64,000 bases of DNA from Octopus sinensis (GCF_006345805.1 NC_043000.1:40548001-40612000); one strand, 5' to 3'; numbered from the stretch's first letter, positions 12,999 through 27,078 are shown. Numbers and translations are program-made. The notes: generated by a model from the letters alone, not told the origin.

Positions 12999-13107
12999 CG
13001 AATATCCGGAACAATATCTGTACTGTAGGCTCTTGTCCTATGAGAATGGTGGTAGATCTTTTGAGTCGACGATCAAAAACCCCACACTAGCGGTTACTCT
13101 TTTAACT

Positions 13108-13296
13108 TTTTTACTTGTTTCAGTCATTTGACTGCGGTCATGCTGGATCACCGCCTGGAAGGCTTTTAGCCAAACAAATCGACCCCAGGACTTTTTTAAA
13201 GCCTAGTGCTTATTCTATTGGTCTCTAAGTTACGGGGACGTAAACACACCAACACTTGTTGTCAAGCGGTGATGCAGGGGTGGGGGACAAACACAG
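13108..13296 (-). mobile_element. SINE family A, 3' half
   Basis: Reverse complement of the family-A 3' region (gtgtgtttacgtccccgtaactta...ccagcatgaccgcagtcaaatgactgaaacaagta). Confidence 0.8.
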
Positions 13297-13479
13297 TTAA
13301 TGACTTCCCTGTTCCTGTTGTGATCTCATTCTATTTTAATAACCATTACTAGTTTTATTATGTACAATATAATTTTTTTAAATGACCATCACGAAATACA
13401 ACAATATCTGTTGTAACACACGACTTCACATAAGGAATCTTCCAACACAAATTCATAAACGTAATATGATTACTATTAT

Positions 13480-13800
13480 AGGTAAAATTAAGTATGTTAA
13501 TCATGTTACCTCACCGCCCCAAAGCCTAACGTCACTTTCGACATGTCCAACGTTCCCTTTGGAGTAGCACCACCCACGTTGAGAGCCTCTGCTGTACACT
13601 GTTTATAGAACTACTTCGAAACAGTTGCCAAATCTCGCTCAAAGCACATATTAACATTGTAATAAAAGGACACCTTGACTGGTGGAACCCTGGAAAAGTG
13701 CTTCCACAAAAAGGCGCAGCCCAAGACAAACTGCAAACCTCACTCTCGCTTTCTCCCCACCAGTTACATGACTGAACTTCTAGCAACCTGAACGGCCACA
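13480..13800 (+). mobile_element. Possible LINE C-terminal fragment (Ingi/I-like)
   Basis: Translated NVPFGVAPPTLRASA resembles the GIAPPxIRR motif of Ingi/Vingi-type ORF ends; weak. Confidence 0.25.
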
Positions 13801-13805
13801 TAAAG

Positions 13806-14065
13806 TAGTGTTTCTCAATCCTTTTTTACCAATGGACTCTCTTGGTTCATGTTTTACTTGGATGTACTCTTCAAGCCATTCGATGTTTAGAAAAAATCAT
13901 ATTATATTTTTATAATTAAATATTATTAGGTCTTGTATTTAAAAAACATTGTTAAAATATTTTGCGCATTGCAGGAGTATAACCAATTTATTGCAGATAA
14001 ATTTTAACAATAAAATCTTTTATGGACCCACAAAGGCCATATGGATCTTGGTCGAGAACCATTTG
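13806..14065. mobile_element. hAT/Charlie-like MITE
   Basis: Ends tagtgtttctcaatc ... ggtcgagaaccatttg match the cagtggttctcaacc/ggttgagaaccactg TIR type; TSD unclear. Confidence 0.55.
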
Positions 14066-14693
14066 CTTAGAGGCTTCTTCATGTTGTTATTTAACCACGA
14101 GCTAGCGGAGAAATGAGGAAGCGCATATCTTTTGAATTTGCCTTAAGTTCTGAGTAAAACGCTTAGATTACAGACATAGGAAGCGAAGGATGTCGCAGAA
14201 CATGGTGAAATGCCATATATTCAATGAATGTTAGTTTGTTGACAAAATGGATTTTCGCCGTTACTTTGACCTCTACTTATACAAATATTTATACATAGCG
14301 TCACGACACAGTCAGATTGAACGAACGTCTTGAAGTCACGTGAGAGTTTCTGACGTCACATGTTTGTTCTTCAGTGTTAACTTTTCTTCTTTATACATTT
14401 CCTCCATCGCTTACGAATTTTCTTGATCCTTTCCTGCATTCTAAGTTTATTCAGTTATAATAATCCCTCTTTCCGTTACTATACCTGTTTATCTGCATTT
14501 CTTATTATTTTCATATTGCCCTACTGTTAACACTCTTTACCTTTCTCTTCACCCCTTCTCTACATTCAAACAACACATGCACATGTTCTGTCTATTTATC
14601 TACGTATCGATTTATTTATCTACGTATCTATCTATTTAGCTATCTATCAAATTTCTACTTAAACAAAATAAAATCTATCCTTCTATCTGTCTG

Positions 14694-14780
<87 letters not shown>

Positions 14781-15052
14781 GTCTGTCAGTCTGTCTGTCT
14801 GTCTGTCAGTCTGTCTGTCTGTCTGTCTGTCTGTATATCTTTCTATCTGTCTATCTATCGTATTTGGTGGCATACAGGATGCACTTTGTCCCCACCCCCA
14901 CCCCCAAAAAATCTGTCTCACCCTCTCTACTCGGGCCTTATATGCGAAGTTGAGTCTCCCAAATTTTAATGCGCTAAAAACGTTTTCTTCTGAATATGCC
15001 CTGCTGAAACTGGAATGCCGTGCTGTTTTACGATATTGGATGTGTGAAATAC

Positions 15053-15452
<400 letters not shown>

Positions 15453-15466
15453 GATATATATATATG

Positions 15467-15545
15467 GACGCAGGAGTCGCTGTGTAATAAGAAGCTTGCT
15501 TCCCAATCACATGGTTCCGGATTCCGTCCCACTGCTGGCACCTTG
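15467..15545 (+). mobile_element. SINE family A head (5' ~80 bp) fused directly to an RTE LINE
   Basis: gacgcaggagtcgctgtgtaataagaagcttgcttccc...gcaccttg, then tggaaagag (WKES of the RTE) instead of the expected ggcaagtg. Confidence 0.8.
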
Positions 15546-16869
15546 TGGAAAGAGTCAAATACCATCCTGCTATATAAGAAGGGCGATAGAGAAGATCTAA
15601 AGAACTACCGACCCATATGCCTGCTGTCTCACGTGTACAAGCTATTCACAAAGATAATTCTGAACAGGTTGTCACGTCATCTCGACCGAGGGAATAAGCC
15701 GGCTTCAGGAAGAACTACAGCACGATGGACCATTTATTTACTCTAACACAACTACTTGAGCGAGCGAATGAGTACAAGCTGCCTCTTTGCGTTGCGTTTG
15801 TAGACTATGAGAAGGCCTTCGACAGTGTCGAAACCAACGCAGTGCTGAACTCGCTGCAGAGGCAAGGAGTCGAGGCGCAATATGTGCAACTGCTCAGGGA
15901 GGCAAATTCCTGATGCACCACCGACATAGCTCTGCTGTCATCAGGCGTACGAGTGCCGGTCGAGATGGGAGTGAAGCAAGGAGATGCGATCTCTCCAAAA
16001 CTTTTCACCGCATGTCTCGAGCAGATCATCAGATTCATCGACTGGCAAGGCGGTGTCAACATTAATAGCGAGCTAGTCACTCACTTCCGTTTCGCTGATG
16101 ATATCGTGATCATCGCTGAAACCACAGATCAGCTTCAGACCATGCGCACGGAGCTCGACACCAAAAGTTCTGCAGTAGGTCTCAAGATGAACCGCATGAA
16201 AATGAAGTTCATGCGGTCCGACAACGTACCAACAGGTCGAATGGTGGTTGGCAGTGATGAAATAGAGGAGGGAAAGGAATATGTCTATCTGGAACAGGAA
16301 GTGAATATGTGCCAAGACATTTAAAAGGAGATATCGCGGAGAGTATAGGTCGGATGGAAGGCGTTTAATGGCATAAGGGATATGCTCAAGGGAAGGTTGA
16401 ACAGGACCACCTGCGCCAACCTCATCAATAGCACAGTTCTACTTGCAATGTTATATGGTAGTGAAACATGGGCTACAACAAAGAAAGAAGAGCAGAGATT
16501 GGTAACGGCTCAAAGAGCAATGGAGAGGTCAATGCTTGGAATCTCGTTGAGAGAGCACATCAGTAGCGAGGTCATCGGACAGAAGTCCGGTGTGAGGGAT
16601 GTCATCGTAGAGTATACACACGCAACAAGTTTAGATGGGCTGGGCACTAAACTTATAATCACCGATAATCGGTGGACCCGTGCAGTTGTCGAGTGGTACC
16701 CGCGTGAGCGGAAACGACCACTCGGGAGGCCTCCACAACGGTGGAGTTACGATTTTAGGCAGGCGATTAGGATTACGTGGATGAGGAAGGCGCGATCCAG
16801 AGAGGAGTGGACAGCATGCTGTGACCAGCAGTGTCAAATGGACGCTCGACGGACTGGTCGGTCACGGTG

Positions 16870-16870
<1 letters not shown>
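15546..16870 (+). mobile_element. 5'-truncated RTE-1-type LINE (RT to C-terminus), relatively young but disrupted
   Basis: WKESNTILLYKKGDREDLKNYRPICLLS; AFVDYEKAFDSV; GVKQGDAISPKLF; FRFADDIV; MLYGSETW; RKRPLGRPPQRW. Ends at the stop codon followed by (TA)n; several frameshifts and a stop. Confidence 0.95.
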
Positions 16871-16904
<34 letters not shown>

Positions 16905-16911
<7 letters not shown>

Positions 16912-17070
16912 TAATCCAAACAAGAAAACCAAAAGATAACAACGCGAGGATGTGGAACAAATAAAGTATTATTGGACGCTCAGGAAAGAAGGGAAGAAGG
17001 AATGTATGACGTTTCGAGCGGAGCTCTTTGTCGGAAACATAGGAGAAAGAAAGATCCTGAGCGGGGAGGA
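16905..17070 (-). mobile_element. PLE-type pseudo-LTR repeat carrying a minimal hammerhead motif
   Basis: Contains gacgtttcgagcggagctctttgtcggaaacat; see the HHR at 17002-17040. Confidence 0.55.
17002..17040 (-). ncRNA. Minimal type I hammerhead (degenerate core)
   Basis: ATGTTT-CCGACAA-A-GAGC/TCC/GCTC-GAAA-CG-TC-ATACAT. Stem II perfect, stem I 5/6, loopless palindromic stem III (ACGT). Core has U4C and G8A changes. Confidence 0.55.
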
Positions 17071-17198
17071 CATATATATATATATATTATATATTATATA
17101 TATTATATATAAATATAATATTATATATATATTATATATATATATATATATATAATATATATATATATATATACCTCATGCAGGGCACTGATATTTTA

Positions 17199-17573
17199 GG
17201 CGTAGGCGTGGCTGTGTGGTAAGAAGCTTGTTTCCCAACACATGGTTCTGGGTACAGACCCACTGCGTCGCACCTTGGCTAAATGTCTTCTATTAAACTC
17301 TCGGGTCGATCAAAGCCCTGTGAGTGGATTTGGTAGACGGAAACTGAAAGAAGCCCATTGTGTATATATACGTCCGTGCATCTGTGTTTGTCCGCTCACC
17401 ATCGCTTAACAATAGATATTGGTGTGTTTACGTCCCCGTAAGCTAGCGGTTCGTCAAAAGGGACCGATAGAATAAGTACTAGGCTTACAAAGAATAAGTC
17501 CTGGCAACGATTTGTTCGACTAAAGGCAGTGCTCCGGCATGGCCGCAGTCAAATGACTGAAACAAGTAAAAGA
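17199..17573 (+). mobile_element. SINE family A, full length
   Basis: ggcgtaggcgtggctgtgtggtaagaagc ... aaatgactgaaacaagtaaaagaa. Confidence 0.9.
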
Positions 17574-18181
17574 ACACACATACACATATACATGTATGTA
17601 TGTATGTATGTATGTATGTATGTATGTATGTATGTATGTATGTAGGTATGTATTTATGCAAGCATCTATTTATATAAAGTGATCAGATAGAGAAGGAACA
17701 AATAAAACGATAATTTGAGGAATAGACATCAACAGATAGAAAGATAAAGATATACAGACTGAAATGTGCGTTGAGAGAGATAGCAAGACATGTATAAGAC
17801 AGTGCAGAATAGAGACCGAAAGGAGACAAAAGGACTAGATAAACTAGCAGTCTGAGAGAAAGAATTACAGAAAAAACAAAACGGACAGGAAGCCAAACAG
17901 ACAGACAGCCCCGTCTGACCGATTGACGACACCGGGCGAAAGAGATGAGCAGCTGACCGTGTGACCAAATAACCTACAAACGAACCCGCTACGCTGACAA
18001 ACCAGATGGTGCCAATATTAAGACATCTGCATCGTTGATATAAAACCCTAAAAACAAAATCAATTTAAACAAAGAAAATGTTAATCATTGCACACATCCC
18101 TCACGTTTTATGTATCCAAAGACCCTCAAAGCATTTCCATATATCATAAAGAAAACTTAATAAGGATCATTTCAAAATAAA

Positions 18182-18322
18182 TGACAGTATTAATGGGATT
18201 GTAATTCACTGATCAATCAATCATTGATTTATATCAAGAAGAAGCCATCGAAAATGGTGGAGAGTGTCAGTTAGATGTCCCGAAGGGAGATAATCTGTAG
18301 GAGACTAGCAGTGATGATTTAC
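18182..18322. promoter_or_regulatory. Candidate TALE/Hox enhancer motif cluster
   Basis: TGACAG 18182-18187; ATCAATCA (TGATTGAT reversed) 18212-18219 and 18216-18223; TGATTTAT 18225-18232; TGATTTAC 18315-18322; in apparently non-repetitive DNA. Confidence 0.3.
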
Positions 18323-18438
18323 TGTCGCCTGCTCCCAGTTGTCTAATTAAAAGATTGACACGGGCTTACATATAAGCATACATACGTAAGGGTGTGTGTG
18401 CGTACTCGCTTGCGCGTTCGCGCGTCTGTTTGCGTGTT

Positions 18439-18482
<44 letters not shown>

Positions 18483-18686
18483 CACGAATACATATATGTA
18501 TATATATTTGAGTATGCATATGTTTGTACATGTTCATTGATACACACATGCATACAACATCAGTTTGTAATGTATCACCGAAAAGGAAAATTACTAATGT
18601 CTGAAATTTGACTAGGGTGTTAGGAAACACCTACATTGCTAGAAATAAGAACTAAACCGCTCTAATGCTGTAGTTAACGCACAGTC

Positions 18687-18902
18687 AGGCGCAGGTGTGG
18701 CTGTGTGGTAAGAAGCTTGCTTCCCAACCACAAGGTTCTGGGTTCAGTCTCACTGCGTGGCACCTTGGGCAAGTGCCTTCTACTATAGCCTCGGGCCGAC
18801 CAAAGCCCTGTGAGTGGATTTGGTTGACGGAAACTGAAAGAAGCTCGTCGTATATATATATAGCATGGCCGTAGTCAAAATATCTGAAGTAAAAGAATAA
18901 AA
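18687..18902 (+). mobile_element. SINE family A, internally deleted
   Basis: Head ggcgcaggtgtggctgtgtggtaagaagc to aagaagctcgtcg, then a short tail. Confidence 0.85.
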
Positions 18903-18920
18903 GAATATATACATACATGT

Positions 18921-18990
<70 letters not shown>

Positions 18991-19056
18991 AATGAGAGAG
19001 AGAGAGAATGACAGAGAGAGCTATATTAGTATGGACATAAATATTCATATATATTA

Positions 19057-19268
19057 GTTTGAAATTTTAGCACAAGGACAACAATTTCGGTAGCGAGGTT
19101 AAATCGATTATATCGACCCCAGTGCCTAAATGGTACTTGTTTTATGGACTCCGAAAAGATGAAAGACAACGTAGACCTCGACGGATTTTGAGCTCGGAAC
19201 GTAAAGTCGGACGAAATACTGCTAAGCATTTTGCCCGGCGTGGAAACGATTTCGCCAGCTTATCGCCT
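19057..19268 (-). mobile_element. tRNA-derived SINE family B
   Basis: Reverse complement of aaggcgataagctggcgaaatcg...gttccgagctcaaaatccgtcgaggtctacg...ctttcatctttt. Confidence 0.85.
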
Positions 19269-19369
19269 TGTATACATATGTATATTAATATTTGTCTTTA
19301 TGCTATGTTATAAAGGAAGCAATATTACAATAAACTAGAGGATTAATCAATCCTTTTTGTAGTGTACAA

Positions 19370-19980
19370 ATTTATTATTCTTTAATTATTTAGTATTGAC
19401 AGTGACTTCAAAGTCTCGGTCATCTTCAGGCAGTGGTTTATTTGAATTCATCTTTATTTTATATAGTCTCTGTTGAGGTAACAATCTTGGGTAGATGGAG
19501 CTCTGTTGAATGATACTTAGGTTAAAGGAGGCGAGGTAATGATGAAGAATTGTTATTGAAAATTTGATTGATTAGATTTATCTATTTAGGTGCGTCAGTT
19601 TCATATCATGGGATTGTATTCCTGGGGTTCTCAAAAGAATTTAGGGGTATGTAAGGAAAAGAATTAGATGGTCAGTAGATGTGTCACTATGTTTAGTTGT
19701 TATTAGTTTTATTTGGATACCTCTGGGAGATTTATCTTTTCGCTTAGAAAATGTGTAGGTTAAGGTTCAAAGTTCAATCCGGCATTTAAACCTTTGAAAA
19801 TTAGGTATGCTTATTAAGATGTTTTCGCTTTTAGGGCGTTGATTTCTTCAGGGACCACAAAAGAATATAAGTAGGCGGTAAGTTTAGCTAGTCAGCAGAT
19901 AACTCTCAAAGGATTACCTGTTCTCAGTCCAATGATGGCTTAGCTGGTCGGAACTTCGAAATCACCGTTAATACTATTCT
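19370..19980 (-). mobile_element. Possible PLE 5'-region remnant
   Basis: Minus-strand GLNFEP-like motif (as in the KGLNF of PLE N-termini) and an adjacent ctgaagatgacc motif; weak. Confidence 0.25.
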
Positions 19981-20117
19981 TGTTAAAGAATAGTGTACTC
20001 ATCACGCTTGAAACTCAAGAGTACCAACGAATTTGAATCAAACTGTCTTGATCCATACATGTAACTCCTAAAAAATCTGTTGAGTGCCCTCCTTGCGTTT
20101 GTGCACTCACTTGTATG

Positions 20118-20169
<52 letters not shown>

Positions 20170-20311
20170 TATATAAAGGGAGAGAGAGGAAGTGAGAGAG
20201 GAAGAGAGAGAGACAGAGAGAGGTACATATATACATACACACACATATATACTACATACATACATATATACATGCATACACCCACACACACACACACACA
20301 CACACAGACAC

Positions 20312-20379
<68 letters not shown>

Positions 20380-20393
20380 TGCTTTGAGGGATG

Positions 20394-20466
<73 letters not shown>

Positions 20467-20737
20467 CAAACTTAAAATATTACAAGTTTTTACATTCAAC
20501 TTAATATTTTTTCCAGCCTACGTTAAAGGATGGATGAAAATTTGGTAAAGCTAAAAGGTTTTGGCTTCTTACCAATTTACTTCACTTTTAGTTGCACATT
20601 CTTTTACTCAGCGAAACATCTTTTTATGAAATAGTTTTGAAATATATTATGAACATATATATAACTCTGTTATGGCTGGTGTCTAACTTTGGCACAAGGC
20701 CACATTCTGTGGTAGAAGGGTGTAGTCGACTATATCA

Positions 20738-20805
<68 letters not shown>

Positions 20806-22054
20806 CTAACACACAACACACTCACACACATGCACACATATCCAAGGATGTATCATGTGTAATCTAAATACATCGCGTAAAGTAAATTTACTACGGTATT
20901 CGTCCGCAGATAATATATTTTATGGACGTGCAGTGTTTAAAAATATAATATGTATCTTAGCAGCGGTTGGTGGGAATGTTAGACGCATTTCTGCCTCATC
21001 GAACGTTTTCAATAGTATGTACTCACAGCCTACCGTATGCTAAGATGAAATCTGTCGCAGAAAATATAGTAAATGAACAATCATTAGTGTTGCGAATAAC
21101 CACTTGGCTGAAACGCATCTGGCAGAAATGTATATAGCATTCTCACCAGCCACATCGTAGGCGATCTTCGTCTACCCCTGATATATACCTTGTATTTTAA
21201 GAGTACTACGTCCGTAAAAGATATTATAAATCTGTCAACGAATATCACAGTGAATTTGCTTTCCACAATGTATATACTTTAATTATGATACACAGATGGC
21301 TACTTGAACCTAGTACAGCTTATAAAACAGCCACTGAACATATGATTTATTAGATGCATAAAGATGAACTTATTGACAAAACTTTGTTTTATATTCAAAA
21401 GAAAGTTGAACCACCCTATCAATACATCAAGTTTTTCAATGGCTTGGACTGTCTTAGAAACTTGGTGCAATGATACAAAGCTGGTAGTCAAATAACTAAT
21501 ATCAATATTAGAACTTTTACCTTGCCCACCAACCAATCTCAGAGGAAAATATTAAAAGTGGATGGATTATAAGCGGGGAATCCTTGCTTTTCCATGGTCA
21601 GTCAAACGTCATTACATTATGATTCGAGCACAAAAACACCTCTGTAAGAATATCTCACAAGGAAAAATCAAAAGAGGACTGTCTACTAAGTGGCTTTGAG
21701 ACAGAGTAAATAAATTAACATTCATACACCGACATTTTTTGTCTGCATGTGTGTATTCGGGCAACGCCGGGTACATACATGCTCTCACACTCTCACACGC
21801 GTATAGGTTATATATACATATATAACATATATATATATATATACACACAAACATACATACACTTACATATTCACATACATACATGCATACACACATCCAA
21901 AGCATTCTGAAATGTATATATAAACATGATAGGGTTATGATAATTACTTCTGGTTGCCACCCTCTTTTAAGCATCTAATTCTAAACATTTACATTAGCAC
22001 TCCCCCGCAAATGTTGATACACATTCACTGATACACACAAACACCGAACTCAAA

Positions 22055-22095
<41 letters not shown>

Positions 22096-23217
22096 ACACC
22101 ACACATACACACACACACACATGCACACACTCTCAGAACACTCAGAGCACACGCATTCACCACACAGTTACTCAAATTCATTGAACTATACTCAGACATT
22201 GAAGTATACACATAAACACCCTAACACACACACACACATGTGCACTGATATTCTCAGACGTCACACTCACTGACAAACACACACACACGCACACAAACAG
22301 AAACACAAACACACACACACACATGCACACACGATTACTTCGCCCTCACACACATACACAGTAAACGCAGATATCGCCCTCTAACTGGCTGTCTAAATAT
22401 TTTCCTTTCCAAAAGTAGCAGACGATAATAAGATAATGATTGAACAGACGACAGTTAGGGTTTGACAATATTTATTTCATTATTCCCAAGCCCTAGTTGC
22501 TCTAATTAGGGTGCAATAAAGGTTGCTGTTTTTGTTGATGTTGTAGTTTAACCCCAGGTCAACCTTGATTGAGTAGACCTTTGATGAATGACTTTCAAGC
22601 CATAACCACCCTTCTTCTTTTTATAAGAGGTGTCTAGCTTAAATTATTCAAAGTGAATCAGTGCCATATATACACATATCCTAGTTCGATTCCAGAAAGT
22701 AGGTCATCCGACTGATTGGCACGAAGTCGTCAACACTTCCAGCTTCTGGTTCACAAACGAGCTGAATCGCCAATCTCTCTCTCCCACTTTCTCTCTCTCC
22801 AAATATATATATATATATATCAGTCTCTGTATTTCTCTCTCACTCACTCCTGATCTTTATTTTCTCTATCTCTCTCTCTATTTGTCTGTCTATCTCTCTG
22901 TCAGTTAATCTTTCTCTCGCTCTCTCCCTCACTTCACTATCTTTCTTTATCTCTGCCTTTTCTACTGTTATTACTGTGGAATCTGTTCCTCTAAGATGGC
23001 TCACTTCTACCCGGACTCTCCCGACTCGTTCGTCTCTTCTCTTCATTTATATTGCTTCTGCCCAACGCAATCCAGTCCTTCTTGCCCATGTTTTTCTACA
23101 ACCATCAACTGGTTAATTGTCAACAGAAACTTTAACCACACCAATCTCACAGGATTTTCTAGAACCTGGGAAGGCATTGGGCACAACCCTTTTCTCAACA
23201 CCACATTATTGGTTTCA

Positions 23218-23413
23218 CATTGTGGCACAAGGCCAGCAATTTCGGGGGAGGGGCTAAATCGGTTACATCAACCCCAGTGCTCAACTGATACTTATTCTAT
23301 CAACCCTGGAAGGATGAAAGCAAAGTCAACCTCGATGGAATTTGAAATCAGAAGGGCGAAATCTCGCTGGGCATTTTGCCAAGTGTGCTAACGATTCTAC
23401 CAGCTCACTGCCT
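23218..23413 (-). mobile_element. SINE family B
   Basis: Family-B body and head in reverse orientation (…gctaacgattctaccagctcactgcctt). Confidence 0.8.
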
Positions 23414-24269
23414 TGTCAAAAGCATATTATTAAAATCAAAGTTTTTCTTTTGTTTCTGAAGACAGCCAAGTGTTCTTTGATTGGGATTTGGTTACCACTT
23501 CTATCAGACCGATTTCGTTGGCGCTTGTTATTTGGCCACTTGATACGTGTCAAAACTGGTGGTGGAATTGATTAATAGAAAAAGTAATAATTTCCTCATT
23601 CTCTTGGAGAGATAAAAGCAAAGCTGATACTAGTAAGAATTAAGAACAAAGCGCAAAGAGAGAAAACAGAATATTGTGAAATATTTTGTCATGCGATCAA
23701 ACCCAGTATGCATTATTATGTGTTTCTACCAATATACTTAGTAACTCCAAGGTCTCCTTAAAACCAAACTCTCTTGTACTTCATCAAAATGGACGTTGGA
23801 AAAGTAACTCTTGGAAATACTCTTAAAATTTTCAAAATTCTTATAAGATTTGGGGGCAAGTGTTTCATATTTCAGTGGAGCTTTTACTAGCCTGAATAGA
23901 GAGAAAATATACGAATTGATTTATTAATGAATTCCATACCTTTAGTCTGGAAGAACTACAGTGTTCCTGACCCGTTACAGCGTCACCGAAAATGGTAGGA
24001 AGTAGGAGAGAATGTGTACAAAAGCCGGACACTTACTTCAAATGCTTGTAACAGAATGGACCCCGCCGAAGACGTTCAAAAACCAGGCAGTGGTGTTAAA
24101 CGACGGATTAATTCTACCATTCAAGTAGACCACGATGGGATTTGGACTCAAATCGCAAAGATCTGGAACAAATACGCAAGACATGTCTTTTAATGTTCAA
24201 ATGCTTCCGCCAGTCCAAGGCCGATATGTTTTTATCGAGCGTCAAAGGATGATAGTCAAAGTTGTATCT

Positions 24270-24442
24270 GTGTTTGTCCCCCACCACCGCTTGGCAACTG
24301 GTCCCTCGTAACTTAACAATTCAGGAAAATGACCGATCGAATAAGTACTAGGCTTTAAAAATAAGTCAATTTGTTCGACTAAAACCTTCCAAGGCGGTAC
24401 CCCAGTATGGCTGCTGTCAAATAACCGAAACAAGTAAAAGAT
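24270..24442 (+). mobile_element. SINE family A, 3' half
   Basis: accgatcgaataagtactaggc...aaggcggtaccccagtatggctgctgtcaaataaccgaaacaagtaaaaga. Confidence 0.75.
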
Positions 24443-25115
24443 AGGGAAACAATGTCGCTGTTTAACAAAGCTTAGAGCAACCATACAAATAGCAGGTCGT
24501 AAGGCACAAAAGATTTAATACAGATTTAATACAATACCTTTACAATTTGAAGAATTTAGTAAAAAAGCTGGAATATACGGATAAATCAGCAGTTTATCGT
24601 AAAACATTGGCAAACAAATAAAATTTTATCAGAAACATTAGTGTACTTCCAGTGGGCTCCACTGACTGCAAGTGCAACACATAGATACAATAATTTATGG
24701 AAGTTGTAAAGCTAATTGATGTACACCCTGTAATCTGTCCCAATATAGGAGCGCCCCTTGGTTTCTGGCCCCACCAACTGAATGCGCTTATGTTTATGCT
24801 TTCCCTTTTCACCAGTTCGTACCAATTTTATGTTTGTGTTTTGAACAGCTGTGAAAATGCAAAATGGCGTAGAAAAAGCTATTTTGATGTGTTTGATGTG
24901 TTTGTTGCTGGGTAAAGATTTGCGTTTCTAATTACGGCAGAATCAGATTTTTTTTTCACAGAAAGAAAGATAGAAACAGTAGAAAACACATGTCCAATGT
25001 GTTGCGAATGAATTCGAACTCTCGTCCACATAACTGCGATGCAAACTTTTAAACAACATTTTAAACAAAATTTACACAAATACACACCACACGCGCGCGC
25101 GCACATACACGCACA

Positions 25116-25154
<39 letters not shown>

Positions 25155-25329
25155 ATACACACACATTTGCAAGGTATCTTTCTCTCACTCATTCTTTCCA
25201 TTCCCTTCAGCCCCTACCTATATCTATATATTCTATTATTAATGATGTGCAATCAATCCAATGTGACGTTCGTCCGCTCAGCACATTTGTACGGTGTACA
25301 GATTTCAATGTGTAATTGATGCAACACAC

Positions 25330-25383
<54 letters not shown>

Positions 25384-25669
25384 CCACTCTCACAACATAC
25401 TCACAAAACTCGCATAGACACATTCGCACATTCGCACACATAAACACATTCGCAAACATATTCAAACACATACACACACATGTATAAACACTCCTTTATA
25501 AAAACATACTTTCGCAAGATAGTGGTGCAAATGTGTACACGCGTACGTATACAAGCGTTACTCATATTTTATAAAACATACACACACAATGGTGGTAACA
25601 TATGCAAGAAAACAGTTACACTTACACAAATACTAATACAAAGCACGTAGGGACTGGTTCACATATACA

Positions 25670-26370
<701 letters not shown>

Positions 26371-26969
26371 ACAAACACTCACAGTACATCGTATACACTC
26401 ACAGAGAGAGACATCCACAAGTGTGCGCACACATACAGAAAAAGCCATACAGACAAAGGTATGCAGATATGCACATACATATGCAAGTTTGTATTTGAAC
26501 AATCATTTCTATATACTTCTTGATATTTACACAGATAAGTGAAAATACATAACACCAGCATACAACAAAAAGGAGACAAATGCAAAAACATAAACATATA
26601 TATGTGCATATGAATAGATGCACATACACACAGAAGCACATGCGCGTTATAAATGTATGCATTTGCTTTGCTTATAGATGTGTGTATTCAAGTATGTATT
26701 TATGCATATATATATATATATATATATTAGTGTGTGTGTGTATGTGCGTATGTGTGTGTGTGTACATGAGTGTTTGCTTGGCTAACTAACATACACATAC
26801 ATACACACATACACAAACACATACACAAACACACATACACACACACGCGCATATATGTATGTATGTGTATATGCATTATGCATGTATGTATGCATGTATA
26901 TGTATGTATGTGTATATACATATATGTATGTATAAATTTATGTGTGCAGCTATACATTATCCTTTACAT

Positions 26970-27001
26970 GTGGGTAGACATATATATATATATATATATA
27001 G

Positions 27002-27035
<34 letters not shown>

Positions 27036-27078
27036 ATACATACATATATGTATATATACATACATACATACATATATG

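Noticed and set aside
14330-14380. Minus-strand CTGAAGA...GAAA-CTC-TC
   Set aside because: Neither stem I nor stem II pairs.
19395-19435. Minus-strand CTGAAGATGACC...TGAAGTC possible HHR relic
   Set aside because: GAAA and the stems cannot be reconstructed with confidence.
24720-24745. accctgta seed resembling miR-10
   Set aside because: The rest of the mature sequence and the hairpin are absent.
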